From a virus (lineage: Duplodnaviria; Heunggongvirae; Uroviricota; Caudoviricetes), in IMG/VR virus record IMGVR_UViG_3300028887_000068, positions 1 through 64,000 of that record: a DNA stretch of 64,000 bases, one strand, 5' to 3'. Below are positions 37,354 through 46,794 of this stretch, one piece after another; positions within the stretch are counted from its first letter, which is position 1, and every line of letters starts with the position of its first letter. Below the pieces are notes generated by a model that had not been told where the DNA came from, made no database searches, and saw only the letters and a list, made by a program, of their open reading frames with translations. Made by a program: the position numbers and the translations under genes.

Positions 37354-37482
37354 ACGACCTCGAAAAAATTTGAGGCCACGAAGGTGTTTGGATGTTTTGG
37401 CGTTAAGGTTAATCGTGGCCTCATTATGAAGTTTTCATAATAAAAATATGGAAAGCCTTTCAGCTTTCCATATTCTAGAATC

Positions 37483-40035
37483 TTACGAGTTAAAGAAGTC
37501 TTCTTCAGGGCTGTTACCAGTCTGAGGTTCTTCCTCTTCCTCTTCAGGTTCGTTAGGATTCTTTTCCTGTTTCGGGTTCTTCTCTTCGCCTTCAGGGTTT
37601 TCCTCTTCAGGGTTCTGAGCGCCACCTTCTTCTGGATTTCCGCCAAGACCTTCAGGATTGTTTTCTTCTTCCTGCTTCTTAGCTTCTTCAGGATGCTTTT
37701 CAGCTTCCTCATCGTGAGTTTCTTCAGCCTTCTTGTCGAGAGCTTCATCACGGAGGGCAGTTTCCTGTGTTTCTTCTCTAGCTGTCTTGAGCAACTCTTC
37801 GGCTTCTTCCCAGTCAATTCCGGAGGAGTACTTCTTAGTAAGCTCCCTCTTCAGAACTTCCTTGGCAAGAGCATCACGTTCGTTCGGATTCTCACCGATG
37901 AGCGTATTGGTAATGAAGTCAGCGATAGACTGTGCTCTAGAGATAGACTCTTCAGCCACCTTGCTGTCAAGCGTAACTGGTTCCGGATAGTGAATGTAGA
38001 ATTCAGGAACAATCTCATTCTTGTCTTCTGTCTTCTCATTCTTGTACAGTATCTTGAACAATTTGGTAATACCATTGTTCATGATACGCTGGTACATAGA
38101 AACCGAGCGACGAACGTTACCGTTCTGCTGCACAAGCTGTGTAGCAAATTCGATATCGCTCATGCCGCTATCAAGCCATGATGTCGGAATGCCAGTACCG
38201 CTAATGATAGACTTAAGCAAGTCCTGCAGGAATTCATTGTTGAATTCTGCTTGCTGTCCTGCAAAGTTGTCAAACTCGACAGCCTTCTTGCCATCCACCA
38301 CCGGGATGAACATCGAGTTACTCTTGGTAACACGGCTCATGATGTTGGTAAGATCAGAGAAGTCGTCTACCGTCACTTCCTTGGAGTGATAGTCCATGAT
38401 GAATTTCTGGATCGATCCTTCAGAGTCTTCATCAAGACCAGTGTCCACATAGAAGATCTGCTTATCCTTACCGGAGATAATCTGCTGCATAAGGGCAGAG
38501 AGCATAGACAGCACGTACAGTTTAGCAAAGTACAAGACGCTATCAAGAATAGACTCGCCGTAAGTTCCGCTACCACGCTTAAGGTGAACGAGATTAGCAG
38601 CCGGAATGAAGGTCACATTCACTCTTCCCAGACGTTTTCTGGATCTGAGAATGGAGAAGATGAAGTCCTTGAATTCCTTGTTCTTGGCAATGAACTTCTT
38701 GTCAATCTTCTTAGCAATACGCTTCAAGAAGAGGTCAGCAAGAATACTGGCACGGGTTTCCTTATTCACCGGGCTGTTGCCCATGTGGGTGATGAAGGAA
38801 TACATACGGTCGCTTGTATAGGTAAGATCGCAAGCTGGGCATCCCTTCGGATCATAGTCCAATGCGTCGATACGAGCATCATCGAAGTCAGCAGACAGGA
38901 AGTAGAAACCAAGTTCCTTACCGCCAACTTCCACTACAACGACCTTCTTCGGGTCAAGCACCTTAACAATAGATCCTTCAATGACAAAACTCTTTCGTTC
39001 CTCATCAGTAGAAGCAGCTTCAGCTCCGAGGATCAACTGATCCTTGGCAGACTTCAGAGTGCCGTTACTTTGCATTTCCTTAAGTATTTCTCTCTCTTTA
39101 GGGAACATGCTAAGAAGGTCTGTGTGGTATTCCACATTCAAGAAGCTGTCGATCTCTTTTTCCCACTCTCCTGCCGACAAGTCCTTAAACTCTGGCTTCT
39201 TTTCTTTAGAGGACGGATTGAGATTCTTGAATATATCGTATTCTTCTGCAATGAGGGATTTAGCAATATTGTTAAGCGACGCTGCTTCGGATGCTGCAAT
39301 GGCAGCTTCAGACGAGAAGTCACAGAAGCCTTCATGAGCCACGTTACTATCGTCCATAGCAAGCAATCGGTCAATTTCTTTAGCATAGTCAAGAGCACAG
39401 ATGTAACCATCACCATACTTCAACAAGTCAGAACAAGCCTTTGGAGCGATTTCAGAGGAAATCTTATAGTCCTTGTTCAAAGTGAGAAGCTTGTCGAGTA
39501 CTTGGAAGTTTTCGGTATCATCGGCTCCTTCCTTCTTCACATCAAAGGTAAGACCATCAGTGTCCGAGAGTTCAGAGAAAGCATTCGGAGACATGATGGA
39601 ATCCTTGTAGAGATGAAGGATTCGCATAAGCTGCGGGATAAGGGAACAAACGCTATCGATAGATCTGAATCTAGCTTGTCTGGATACAGAGTCAGCGTCT
39701 TCACCTGCAAGGTCGATCTTTCCATTTTCCAAATCTGTCAGGAAAGAAGACTCATAGTTACGGACTTTACCGTTATTGGTACCAGTTTGGATACCGAATC
39801 CGCCACGCTTACGAGCTGCCTTACTATTGTAGAATTCCCTATCAATAAATTCTATCAAGTCGGGTTGGTCACCAGTGACCTTCATGCTGTTAATAGACTT
39901 CAGCGACTTCTGAGCCAATTCATTGATGTTGTCAAGGTTGGATGAGAAGTCAGCAAGATTGAAGCCGTACAAGTTGCGTTCAATCTTGGCGTTAGCCTGT
40001 TTCAGCTGTCGTTCTAAGTTATTTGTTTCAGCCAT
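37483..40035 (-). CDS. large hypothetical protein (850 aa) with polyacidic C-terminal tail
   Basis: Long ORF. The last 120 aa are E/P/N-rich (EEEEEEPQTGNSPEEDFF). Possibly a virion or portal-type protein, but no diagnostic motif was found. Confidence 0.6.
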   Translation of the reverse strand: MAETNNLERQLKQANAKIERNLYGFNLADFSSNLDNINELAQKSLKSINSMKVTGDQPDLIEFIDREFYNSKAARKRGGFGIQTGTNNGKVRNYESSFLTDLENGKIDLAGEDADSVSRQARFRSIDSVCSLIPQLMRILHLYKDSIMSPNAFSELSDTDGLTFDVKKEGADDTENFQVLDKLLTLNKDYKISSEIAPKACSDLLKYGDGYICALDYAKEIDRLLAMDDSNVAHEGFCDFSSEAAIAASEAASLNNIAKSLIAEEYDIFKNLNPSSKEKKPEFKDLSAGEWEKEIDSFLNVEYHTDLLSMFPKEREILKEMQSNGTLKSAKDQLILGAEAASTDEERKSFVIEGSIVKVLDPKKVVVVEVGGKELGFYFLSADFDDARIDALDYDPKGCPACDLTYTSDRMYSFITHMGNSPVNKETRASILADLFLKRIAKKIDKKFIAKNKEFKDFIFSILRSRKRLGRVNVTFIPAANLVHLKRGSGTYGESILDSVLYFAKLYVLSMLSALMQQIISGKDKQIFYVDTGLDEDSEGSIQKFIMDYHSKEVTVDDFSDLTNIMSRVTKSNSMFIPVVDGKKAVEFDNFAGQQAEFNNEFLQDLLKSIISGTGIPTSWLDSGMSDIEFATQLVQQNGNVRRSVSMYQRIMNNGITKLFKILYKNEKTEDKNEIVPEFYIHYPEPVTLDSKVAEESISRAQSIADFITNTLIGENPNERDALAKEVLKRELTKKYSSGIDWEEAEELLKTAREETQETALRDEALDKKAEETHDEEAEKHPEEAKKQEEENNPEGLGGNPEEGGAQNPEEENPEGEEKNPKQEKNPNEPEEEEEEPQTGNSPEEDFFNS

Positions 40036-40132
40036 AATAACCCTTTGAAAATTTCAATCAAAAGTTCAGGCTATCCTAAAAGGCTATTATCCGAAAGAAA
40101 TTTTTATTTTTAATTAAAACCTACAAAAAAGA

Positions 40133-40155
40133 AAAGGGAGAGTGACTATTCTCCC
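40133..40155 (-). terminator. terminator hairpin at the 3' end of gene 40146-40619
   Basis: gggagagtgactattctccc, followed on the minus strand by TTTTCTTTTTTG. Confidence 0.5.
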
Positions 40156-40619
40156 TTAGTAAATTTATTAATAACAATTTCTATTTCGTCAGTATTGTTA
40201 TTCCGGAAAGTTGATATATTGAAGCTCTCACAGGCATCTGTAGACACATGAACCCATTCGCTTGGTTTTCTGAATATGTCTCTTAGCGAGAGCTTTCTAG
40301 TTACACTCAGGAAAATATTATCTGATCCCAAAGCCATAACTTTCTCAAAGCTTTCTTCAATTCCATATATTTCCGAGAAGCTTTCCGCCTTTTCTCGGTC
40401 TAGCTTGAGATGTTTAATCTTGAGGGAAGAGAACTTCACAATCTTCCTTAGCTTACCTTGGAAGATTATGATGAACCAACTGCCGAACAGAATCGTGTCA
40501 GTCTTCTTGTCAAATAAAGCATCCGTGAAGACGGTATTTGCCAGTTCAGGTGCAATCATCTCTGATGTGCAATGGCCTTTTTCGGATGCTACACGCAATC
40601 TCTTCAGAGTGTTTATCAC
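40146..40619 (-). CDS. hypothetical protein
   Basis: 157-aa ORF. Confidence 0.5.
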   Translation of the reverse strand: MINTLKRLRVASEKGHCTSEMIAPELANTVFTDALFDKKTDTILFGSWFIIIFQGKLRKIVKFSSLKIKHLKLDREKAESFSEIYGIEESFEKVMALGSDNIFLSVTRKLSLRDIFRKPSEWVHVSTDACESFNISTFRNNNTDEIEIVINKFTKGE

Positions 40620-40668
40620 TGAATTCCTCTACTCTTTAACTTTAAAATGAATTTACTAGAGGTATAAT

Positions 40669-41115
40669 ATGACCGATGCTGCTCTTCAAAAGATAATGTC
40701 CGCTTATGGTTTTTCTGGTAGCGTACCTGATTTCATCAACAAGTATGGTGTCTCATTCTTGTGTAAGACTAATCAGCTTGAAATCAACACAGATTTCAAC
40801 TACAAAGAAGACAAGTCTGTCGGCCCGATTCTTCATTGTATGAGCTATGATGCTGATACAGGTCTTCTTGCGTTCGAGCCTGCTGACGATACTTATACTC
40901 AACGCTATTGGATCCATACCTACGTCACTCTGGCTGATATCAACGATATGCAATTCTTTGCTCTTGGTAAGACACAATATCGCAAAGACAGAGAACAACT
41001 CATTCAGCAAGAACGTGCTGCTTCCAACTTTACGTCTCGTCCTCATCAGAGAATCAAAGAAGCTTCTCTGGTCGCCGCCGAGGTCAACCACCATCCTAGT
41101 GCTATGCAGCCATAG
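40669..41115 (+). CDS. hypothetical protein
   Basis: 148-aa ORF. AGAGGT precedes the ATG. Confidence 0.55.
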   Translation: MTDAALQKIMSAYGFSGSVPDFINKYGVSFLCKTNQLEINTDFNYKEDKSVGPILHCMSYDADTGLLAFEPADDTYTQRYWIHTYVTLADINDMQFFALGKTQYRKDREQLIQQERAASNFTSRPHQRIKEASLVAAEVNHHPSAMQP

Positions 41116-41185
41116 GAAGGGAAATAAAAATAAGGCCCATGACTATGAAGTCATGGGTCTCATTTTAGCCGGACATTATGGCATA

Positions 41186-42055
41186 TTAGGCAAGACGGCG
41201 TTGTGCGTCGTCCAAATTCTTCTTATTAACTTCCTCGGATCTCTTGCAGAAATCCGGATAAGCGTCCGAGGCTTCCTTGATGAGATCGCCATCGTAAGCG
41301 ATCCATTCGCCCTTTTCGTCCTTGATCATGAACGGGCCTTTCAAAGTCTTAGATTCCTTATCCCCGATAGCGGAGATAGTAGTACGTTCACCGTTGCACT
41401 TTGCATCGATAGCGACGTATGCGGTAGTGTAGTAAACGATATTGTTACCACGGTTGAAGCTATTGAACTTCGCCGGGGTGATGTCCTTAGTGAACTTAAG
41501 TCCACAGAATGTAAAGCTTTCGCGATTCTTCAAACCATCAATTCGACCCATCAACAAACCCTTGAAAATTTCAAGAGCGTCCTTGGCATCATCACCGAAG
41601 GATTCCTGAAGGATCTTAGTAAAATCTTCGTCAACTTCGTCTTCAGACCAAGATCTCTTAACTGCTTCTTTCTTTGCAGCGAGAGCTTGCGAGATAGTCG
41701 TCTTGACCTTCTTCTTGGGAGCAGACTTCGCTGTAGCTGCTGGAGCTGCTTCGGTAGTAACCGGAGCTTCAGTCTTAGTTTCAGCGATAGGTGCTGCCGG
41801 AATCGGTGCGACAGGCGTAACTGGTTCAGCTACTGGTGCAGGTGCCGGGGTCGGAGCAACCGGAGCAGCAGGTGCCGGAGCAGGTGCTACTGGGGCGGGA
41901 GCCGGAGCAGGGGCAGGTTGTGCAACCTGAGCAGGTGTGGTATCCTGTTCATTAGCAGCGTGAACTTCAATAGGAGCATCAGCAGCTTCTACCGCAGGAG
42001 TTTTAGCGGTATCGGCAGCAGACGCAGACATAGGCACTTTGCGCACGATCTTCAT
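41186..42055 (-). CDS. hypothetical protein with Pro/Ala-repeat linker
   Basis: 289 aa. PAPAPAPAPVAPAPAPAAPVAPTPAPAPVA linker between the N-terminus and a C-terminal globular domain. Confidence 0.6.
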   Translation of the reverse strand: MKIVRKVPMSASAADTAKTPAVEAADAPIEVHAANEQDTTPAQVAQPAPAPAPAPVAPAPAPAAPVAPTPAPAPVAEPVTPVAPIPAAPIAETKTEAPVTTEAAPAATAKSAPKKKVKTTISQALAAKKEAVKRSWSEDEVDEDFTKILQESFGDDAKDALEIFKGLLMGRIDGLKNRESFTFCGLKFTKDITPAKFNSFNRGNNIVYYTTAYVAIDAKCNGERTTISAIGDKESKTLKGPFMIKDEKGEWIAYDGDLIKEASDAYPDFCKRSEEVNKKNLDDAQRRLA

Positions 42056-42122
42056 AGTGTTTCCTTTATTATGCAGACATCATTATCTACATAGCCGAAC
42101 TTTATATACAATCATTTTTTAG

Positions 42123-42137
42123 ACTGTATATAAAGAC
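42123..42137 (+). promoter_or_regulatory. promoter-like motif ACTGTATATATAAAG
   Basis: GTATATAT at 42126-42133, 38 nt upstream of the ATG at 42164. Confidence 0.4.
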
Positions 42138-42163
42138 TTGACCTTAACCATAAAGGATAAAAC

Positions 42164-42760
42164 ATGGGTACAACAAACAAGAATGGCGTAACGGTATCTT
42201 ATGATTCTGTTATCCCAATTTACATTAAGGCATCTGCAAAAGAAAGAGATAAGACTCTCGAAGTAAAGCTAGACACTCGCGAATGGAGACTTGAGATTTC
42301 GCGTATTCCCGGTACTACTCTTAACATCTGCCCAGGCGACCGTGATATCATCGAAATCATTGGTCAGCCTTTCGTCAAGCTGTACAAGAGCGTGATGGGA
42401 GAATACGAACGACTTTCTAAGATCCCTAAGTCCTCTAAGAAACTTAAAGACCGCACTATTATCTTCTGTCAGGGAAGTTATCTCACTGTCCGCAGAACAG
42501 ACATGCACAAATACATTGCTGAAGCAGAGACACCGCTTGAGCTTACAAGATTCGGTTGTAGCATAACATGGAATTTCCATAACGTCATGTTCAACTTCAC
42601 GCCGGGTAATTACGAAATAGTCCCCGCTGAGACAAACATTAATGACATCATTCCTGAACAACTGTGGCAGGAGATTCGTGCAACAGCTAGAGCTGAATAC
42701 GAGTCTTCGAAGATTAAGGCAGAAGAAAAGAAACCTGAAGCAACGGCTACATCCGCCTAA
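42164..42760 (+). CDS. hypothetical protein
   Basis: 198-aa ORF. AAAGGAT precedes the ATG. Confidence 0.6.
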   Translation: MGTTNKNGVTVSYDSVIPIYIKASAKERDKTLEVKLDTREWRLEISRIPGTTLNICPGDRDIIEIIGQPFVKLYKSVMGEYERLSKIPKSSKKLKDRTIIFCQGSYLTVRRTDMHKYIAEAETPLELTRFGCSITWNFHNVMFNFTPGNYEIVPAETNINDIIPEQLWQEIRATARAEYESSKIKAEEKKPEATATSA

Positions 42761-42812
42761 TTGAGATAGATAGAAAATGTACCCAGAGATTTCTCTCTGG
42801 GTATATTTTTTG

Positions 42813-44777
42813 TTAGAACGGGAGATCGATGTCCGCAACCGGGGTGAACCCAGTAGCATCAAGATAGACGTCATCAAAGAATGAGACGCACTCGTCAGCG
42901 TTCTTGATTTCTTTCATATCCTTTACATCGGACTCATTGAAGATCTTGTATCGTTCTTCGAAGTTCGGTGTGATCTTCTTAGATGCACTGACAATGGCGT
43001 ACTTCTTACCAAACTTTTCAGAAGCATCTTTGAACTCTTCCGGAGTACATCTTGTCTTGTCGAACATGATTTCTGAAATATTCTTCAAGAGCTTGACGTT
43101 ATCGGCGAGTATCTTTCTCGTAGCCACAATACATTCCTTAATCATCGTATTGATTTCTTCGGATGTATCAGACATCTTATTATATTCGTTAGTATTTGGG
43201 CCAACCACAGCCTTGATCTTATCCGTGAATGCGAACTTACGAACATAGGCTGCTGCCATTGCGGTAGCCTTAGCCAAGTCTGAGCTACAACCCACAGTAC
43301 GGAAATCCTTACCGAAGACAAGCTCTTCAGCCACCATGCCAGCAAGAGCGACACAGATGTAGGACTTAAGAGTGATGGCGGTATGGCGGATCAAGTGCGT
43401 GGTAATGAAGCCAGCTGCGACTCTGGAGTCCGCAACAATGCTTACCATCTTGCGAGGAATAGCACCAAAGGATTCCGCATAGACGATAGCATGCCCAGCT
43501 TCATGAACAGATGTGCAACGTCTTTCGTTGACATGAGCCTTGATACGCTTAGCACTTTCGTCATACGGGCCGATGCAGCTAACCTTGATACCGTTAGCTT
43601 CAAGCTCCATAGTATCATCGTTGTACTTCACAGTGATCTTCTTATCAGCTTCTTTCTGTTTGAACACAAGGAACGGAACAGCCGAAGCCAGAACACCGTT
43701 GATAGTGGAAATAAGCGGACGAACACCTTGGGTTGGGAAGACACCATTGCGGTATACCATCTGCTTCACAGTCTTATCGAACGTGACTTCGATGCCTACA
43801 GCTTCCTTAGTGTGGTCTGCAAGAATCTGGAGATTCTGGTCAATGATCGTCTCAAAGCTCTTCTTCGAGAGTGAATGGAAGATCACAAAATTGTTTCCAA
43901 GACGGGCAATCTGTTCAGGGAAGAACCAACCAGTGAGACCAGCCTTCACATCAAAGACATTCACATCCTTAGAGGATTCGTAGACTTCATCTGCATCAAG
44001 TTCGCAAGATGCTACATCATTAGCATCAGAGAATACGCAGTCAAGGTTACAAGAAGTGACGAAGAGGAAACGGGTAAAGTCAGAATAGATCGGCTTATTA
44101 TCATAGTGATCATAGAGATCCTTGATAAAGTCGAAGGCGGCTTTGCCACAGAGTTTCTTGATTTCAGCAAGCGGTTTCTTTTTCTTGCAGAGAACGAAGA
44201 GACGGTAAGCCATCGTTCCAAAGAAAGCCGGACATTCGGCTCTACGTTTCATGACACCGTCTTCTGTTTTAGTATCGTTAATCATGTAGGCGATATTGCG
44301 CATCGTTCTTTCGAGTTCTTCCTTAGACAGATTCATTGGGATCTTGCCATCAGAAAGAATATCCCAGAATTCCTGTGTGTTGGAATTATTGGTTCTAGTA
44401 CCAAGCGCACCCTTACAGGAGAAGTTCTGGAATTCATCGATGAAAATGATACCCTTATCAAGACCGTCTTCTTCCTTCATACGGTAAGCAACCTGTGCCG
44501 GAGAGACAGAATTGTTATTAGCGCATGTCATCATCTGAGATACTTCGTTTAAGCCGAGTTCATCACAGAAGAGACGGAACATCTGCGTCTTACCGACACC
44601 AGTCATACCGACAAGATTGATAACCAGAGGCTTGGTCAGTAGCTCTGGAGCACAGTACCAAGGAGCCAGTAATTGAGCGAACTGGTCGATCTGCTTGTCA
44701 CAGTCGATGAGCTTCGTCTTAATTTTCTTAGCGGCTTCCATCAGTTCGTCATACTTTTTCATAGAGTCTTTATTCAT
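42813..44777 (-). CDS. FtsH-like AAA+ ATPase / HEXXH zinc metalloprotease (no TM anchor)
   Basis: Walker A GMTGVGKT and Walker B IIFIDEF. C-terminal HEAGHAIV is the FtsH HEAGHA motif, with ...MVAEELVFG...SSDLAKATAMA resembling FtsH GGRVAEEL.FG...SNDIERAT. Confidence 0.75.
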   Translation of the reverse strand: MNKDSMKKYDELMEAAKKIKTKLIDCDKQIDQFAQLLAPWYCAPELLTKPLVINLVGMTGVGKTQMFRLFCDELGLNEVSQMMTCANNNSVSPAQVAYRMKEEDGLDKGIIFIDEFQNFSCKGALGTRTNNSNTQEFWDILSDGKIPMNLSKEELERTMRNIAYMINDTKTEDGVMKRRAECPAFFGTMAYRLFVLCKKKKPLAEIKKLCGKAAFDFIKDLYDHYDNKPIYSDFTRFLFVTSCNLDCVFSDANDVASCELDADEVYESSKDVNVFDVKAGLTGWFFPEQIARLGNNFVIFHSLSKKSFETIIDQNLQILADHTKEAVGIEVTFDKTVKQMVYRNGVFPTQGVRPLISTINGVLASAVPFLVFKQKEADKKITVKYNDDTMELEANGIKVSCIGPYDESAKRIKAHVNERRCTSVHEAGHAIVYAESFGAIPRKMVSIVADSRVAAGFITTHLIRHTAITLKSYICVALAGMVAEELVFGKDFRTVGCSSDLAKATAMAAAYVRKFAFTDKIKAVVGPNTNEYNKMSDTSEEINTMIKECIVATRKILADNVKLLKNISEIMFDKTRCTPEEFKDASEKFGKKYAIVSASKKITPNFEERYKIFNESDVKDMKEIKNADECVSFFDDVYLDATGFTPVADIDLPF

Positions 44778-44812
44778 AATCTATCCTCAGTTTTCAATCT
44801 TAAGTTTTTCCA

Positions 44813-45274
44813 TTAGAGACCTGCATTAAGCGGACGTACTCCCATCTTTTTGTTACACCGCTTGCCGTAAGGTGTCATGCACATGCAGTTAGCCTTATTT
44901 ATAAACGGCTTCATAACCTTCTTCAGATGGAGTCTTTCTTCCGTATCAGGGCAATACTGTGTCTCGCCGTTCTCATCCTTGTAAGTACGAGCTGGCATGA
45001 TCCAATAATCCTTATTGTTTCTCTCAAGGAAGTAAGTCCCCCTGATAGTGTTAATAAGATAGTAGCCGCCTTCGTCGCCTTGTTCTATGGTTATCTGTTG
45101 GCTGTACTGTTGTCCGTTGCCAAACAGTGCAAAGTAAGTGTCCGTATAGTGAATGGCAAGAGAATCTCCAACTCTGAAGAAGTTGGAGAGTTCTGCGCTC
45201 ACTTGGTCGAATGGCCCACGACGGACGTTTGTCATTCTAGCCGAGTACGTCATAATTGCCTCACGGGTTAACAA
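44813..45274 (-). CDS. hypothetical protein
   Basis: 153 aa. It sits between the patatin and FtsH-like genes. Cys-rich C-terminus. Confidence 0.5.
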   Translation of the reverse strand: MLTREAIMTYSARMTNVRRGPFDQVSAELSNFFRVGDSLAIHYTDTYFALFGNGQQYSQQITIEQGDEGGYYLINTIRGTYFLERNNKDYWIMPARTYKDENGETQYCPDTEERLHLKKVMKPFINKANCMCMTPYGKRCNKKMGVRPLNAGL

Positions 45275-46124
45275 ACTTTAAGAGCTTTTCTCTATCTTCA
45301 TCGTACTGCTTATCCCAGATTTCGATGATAGACTCGATACAGCTTACGTCATCCATATCGAACGAGTTATGAACAACCGGAGCCACATTGAAGAAATTCT
45401 TTTCTCCCATCACAGCCTTGCATCTGAACGCAGCAGCCTTAGAAGAACGGGCTACCCAGTGCTTAAGGATATACTTAGCCCATCCAAGCATGGTCTGATT
45501 ACCCTTAATGTTAAGCGGAGGAGTAGTCATACCCGTTTCGAGGTTAAGGATACGGATATTTCTTTGTCCCTTAGCATACATGCCAGCCATGAGGTCATCC
45601 GGACAAGAGTTAGCCCATAGACCGCCATCACAGAAGCTTCTACCAAGGGTATCGACAATGACATCGAAGTATGTAGGAGCAGCGCAAGATGTAAGGATAG
45701 CGAACCACTTGTCCTCGGCATCATGGTTATCCCAGATCTTCTCATCGGAAGATCCGTTCATGTAAACGCAAGGAATGAAAGTAGGTTTACTCCACTCGCT
45801 AACCTTTCCCTTAAACTTGTCTTGAAGAATCTTCTTCAAGTTAGAATTGTCAAAAGGCGGACAAGTGGGAAGTAAACGCTTATACCAAGGATACTTGGTA
45901 AATATCTTCTTGCCTTCTTCTATATAGAGATTTTCCATCTCTACAGCTGAAATCCCTTCTGCCATTCCACCGGCCAGAATTGATCCAGTTGATGTCCCGG
46001 ATTGTGCTATAAGTCTCTCATGCAGAGGACACTTCAAATCGCCTTCCAATCTGGCGAGATAATGAGCCGGGCCTACTCCGAGGATTCCGCCTCCGGATAC
46101 TGATAAACAAAGACCTGAATTCAT
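45261..46124 (-). CDS. patatin-like phospholipase
   Basis: Oxyanion-hole motif VSGGGILGVG near the N-terminus and serine-lipase motif GTSTG (GxSxG). Confidence 0.75.
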   Translation of the reverse strand: MNSGLCLSVSGGGILGVGPAHYLARLEGDLKCPLHERLIAQSGTSTGSILAGGMAEGISAVEMENLYIEEGKKIFTKYPWYKRLLPTCPPFDNSNLKKILQDKFKGKVSEWSKPTFIPCVYMNGSSDEKIWDNHDAEDKWFAILTSCAAPTYFDVIVDTLGRSFCDGGLWANSCPDDLMAGMYAKGQRNIRILNLETGMTTPPLNIKGNQTMLGWAKYILKHWVARSSKAAAFRCKAVMGEKNFFNVAPVVHNSFDMDDVSCIESIIEIWDKQYDEDREKLLKFVNP

Positions 46125-46179
46125 AATTACTCCTTACGATTTTTCCATTATGGAGTTTTCGCAGATTCTGCATCGTGGA

Positions 46180-46192
46180 ATGTATATTAAAT
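46180..46192 (+). promoter_or_regulatory. promoter-like motif ATGTATATTAAAT
   Basis: GTATATTA at 46182-46189, 42 nt upstream of the ATG at 46224. Confidence 0.5.
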
Positions 46193-46223
46193 TATGCCAT
46201 ACACACCAACAGGAGGTTAAACA

Positions 46224-46700
46224 ATGGCATTTTACGCTATGGTCTTAGATCCAAGACCGCCGTTCAAGCCTATGCAGACTAAAATTCTGAATAGACTGAA
46301 AGAGATCGCTTCAAATCTTCCGGAGGATATCCGCGAGGTTATCAAGAATCTCAAGGACTGGGAGATAAAATGTTCTCATATCACCGTATATTATGGAAAT
46401 CTCAAGGATATGTCGATCGCCATGATTGATTTTATCCGCAATACCAAATTCAAAATGATATTCGAGATTACCGATATCGGGATGAGACAGGGAGTTCTCG
46501 CTGTAAGGGTAGAACCGATCCTTAGAAAAGGCGAGGATTTCGTTACTAGTAGCAAGTTCCCGCATATTACGATTGCGGTGAAAGATGCTGCCCCAGTTCT
46601 GGCTAACAGCATTACTGAGTGGACAGATGTCCGTCAGTACTTCGACCATGCTCGTCATGGCGGATTCTACATCAGCGGTAGGCTGGAAAGAATCCATTAG
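46224..46700 (+). CDS. 2H phosphoesterase superfamily protein (LigT/ThpR-like)
   Basis: Two H-x-T-x motifs, CSHITVYYG and FPHITIAVK, spaced about 70 aa apart in a 158-aa protein. This is characteristic of 2H cyclic phosphodiesterases. Confidence 0.6.
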   Translation: MAFYAMVLDPRPPFKPMQTKILNRLKEIASNLPEDIREVIKNLKDWEIKCSHITVYYGNLKDMSIAMIDFIRNTKFKMIFEITDIGMRQGVLAVRVEPILRKGEDFVTSSKFPHITIAVKDAAPVLANSITEWTDVRQYFDHARHGGFYISGRLERIH

Positions 46701-46702
46701 AT

Positions 46703-46735
46703 AAGGGAGAGGTTTCTCTCCTTTATTTTTTTTTT
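46703..46735 (+). terminator. rho-independent terminator
   Basis: gggagaggtttctctcc hairpin followed by tttatttttttttatttt. Confidence 0.7.
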
Positions 46736-46794
46736 ATTTTTATAAAAAGAGAAAAAATAAAACTCGAAATTGTAAATTGAACAATGGAGATTCT

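Noticed and set aside
37350-37817. 155-aa extremely basic ORF (KKLRSRKKK...)
   Set aside because: It is an alternate frame of the Glu-rich acidic tail of the 850-aa protein (GAA/GAG read as AAG/AGA). It has no independent start signals.
38251-39945. 564-aa plus-strand ORF. The same issue affects 34559-36049 (496 aa), 48353-49885 (510 aa), 54098-55657 (519 aa), 53138-53890 and 40847-42094.
   Set aside because: These are long antisense ORFs inside well-supported large genes: the 850-aa protein, nrdD, the 1438-aa and 1547-aa proteins, and the PA-rich protein. They have no RBS and atypical composition. nrdD and the others have strong homology or coding features on the opposite strand.
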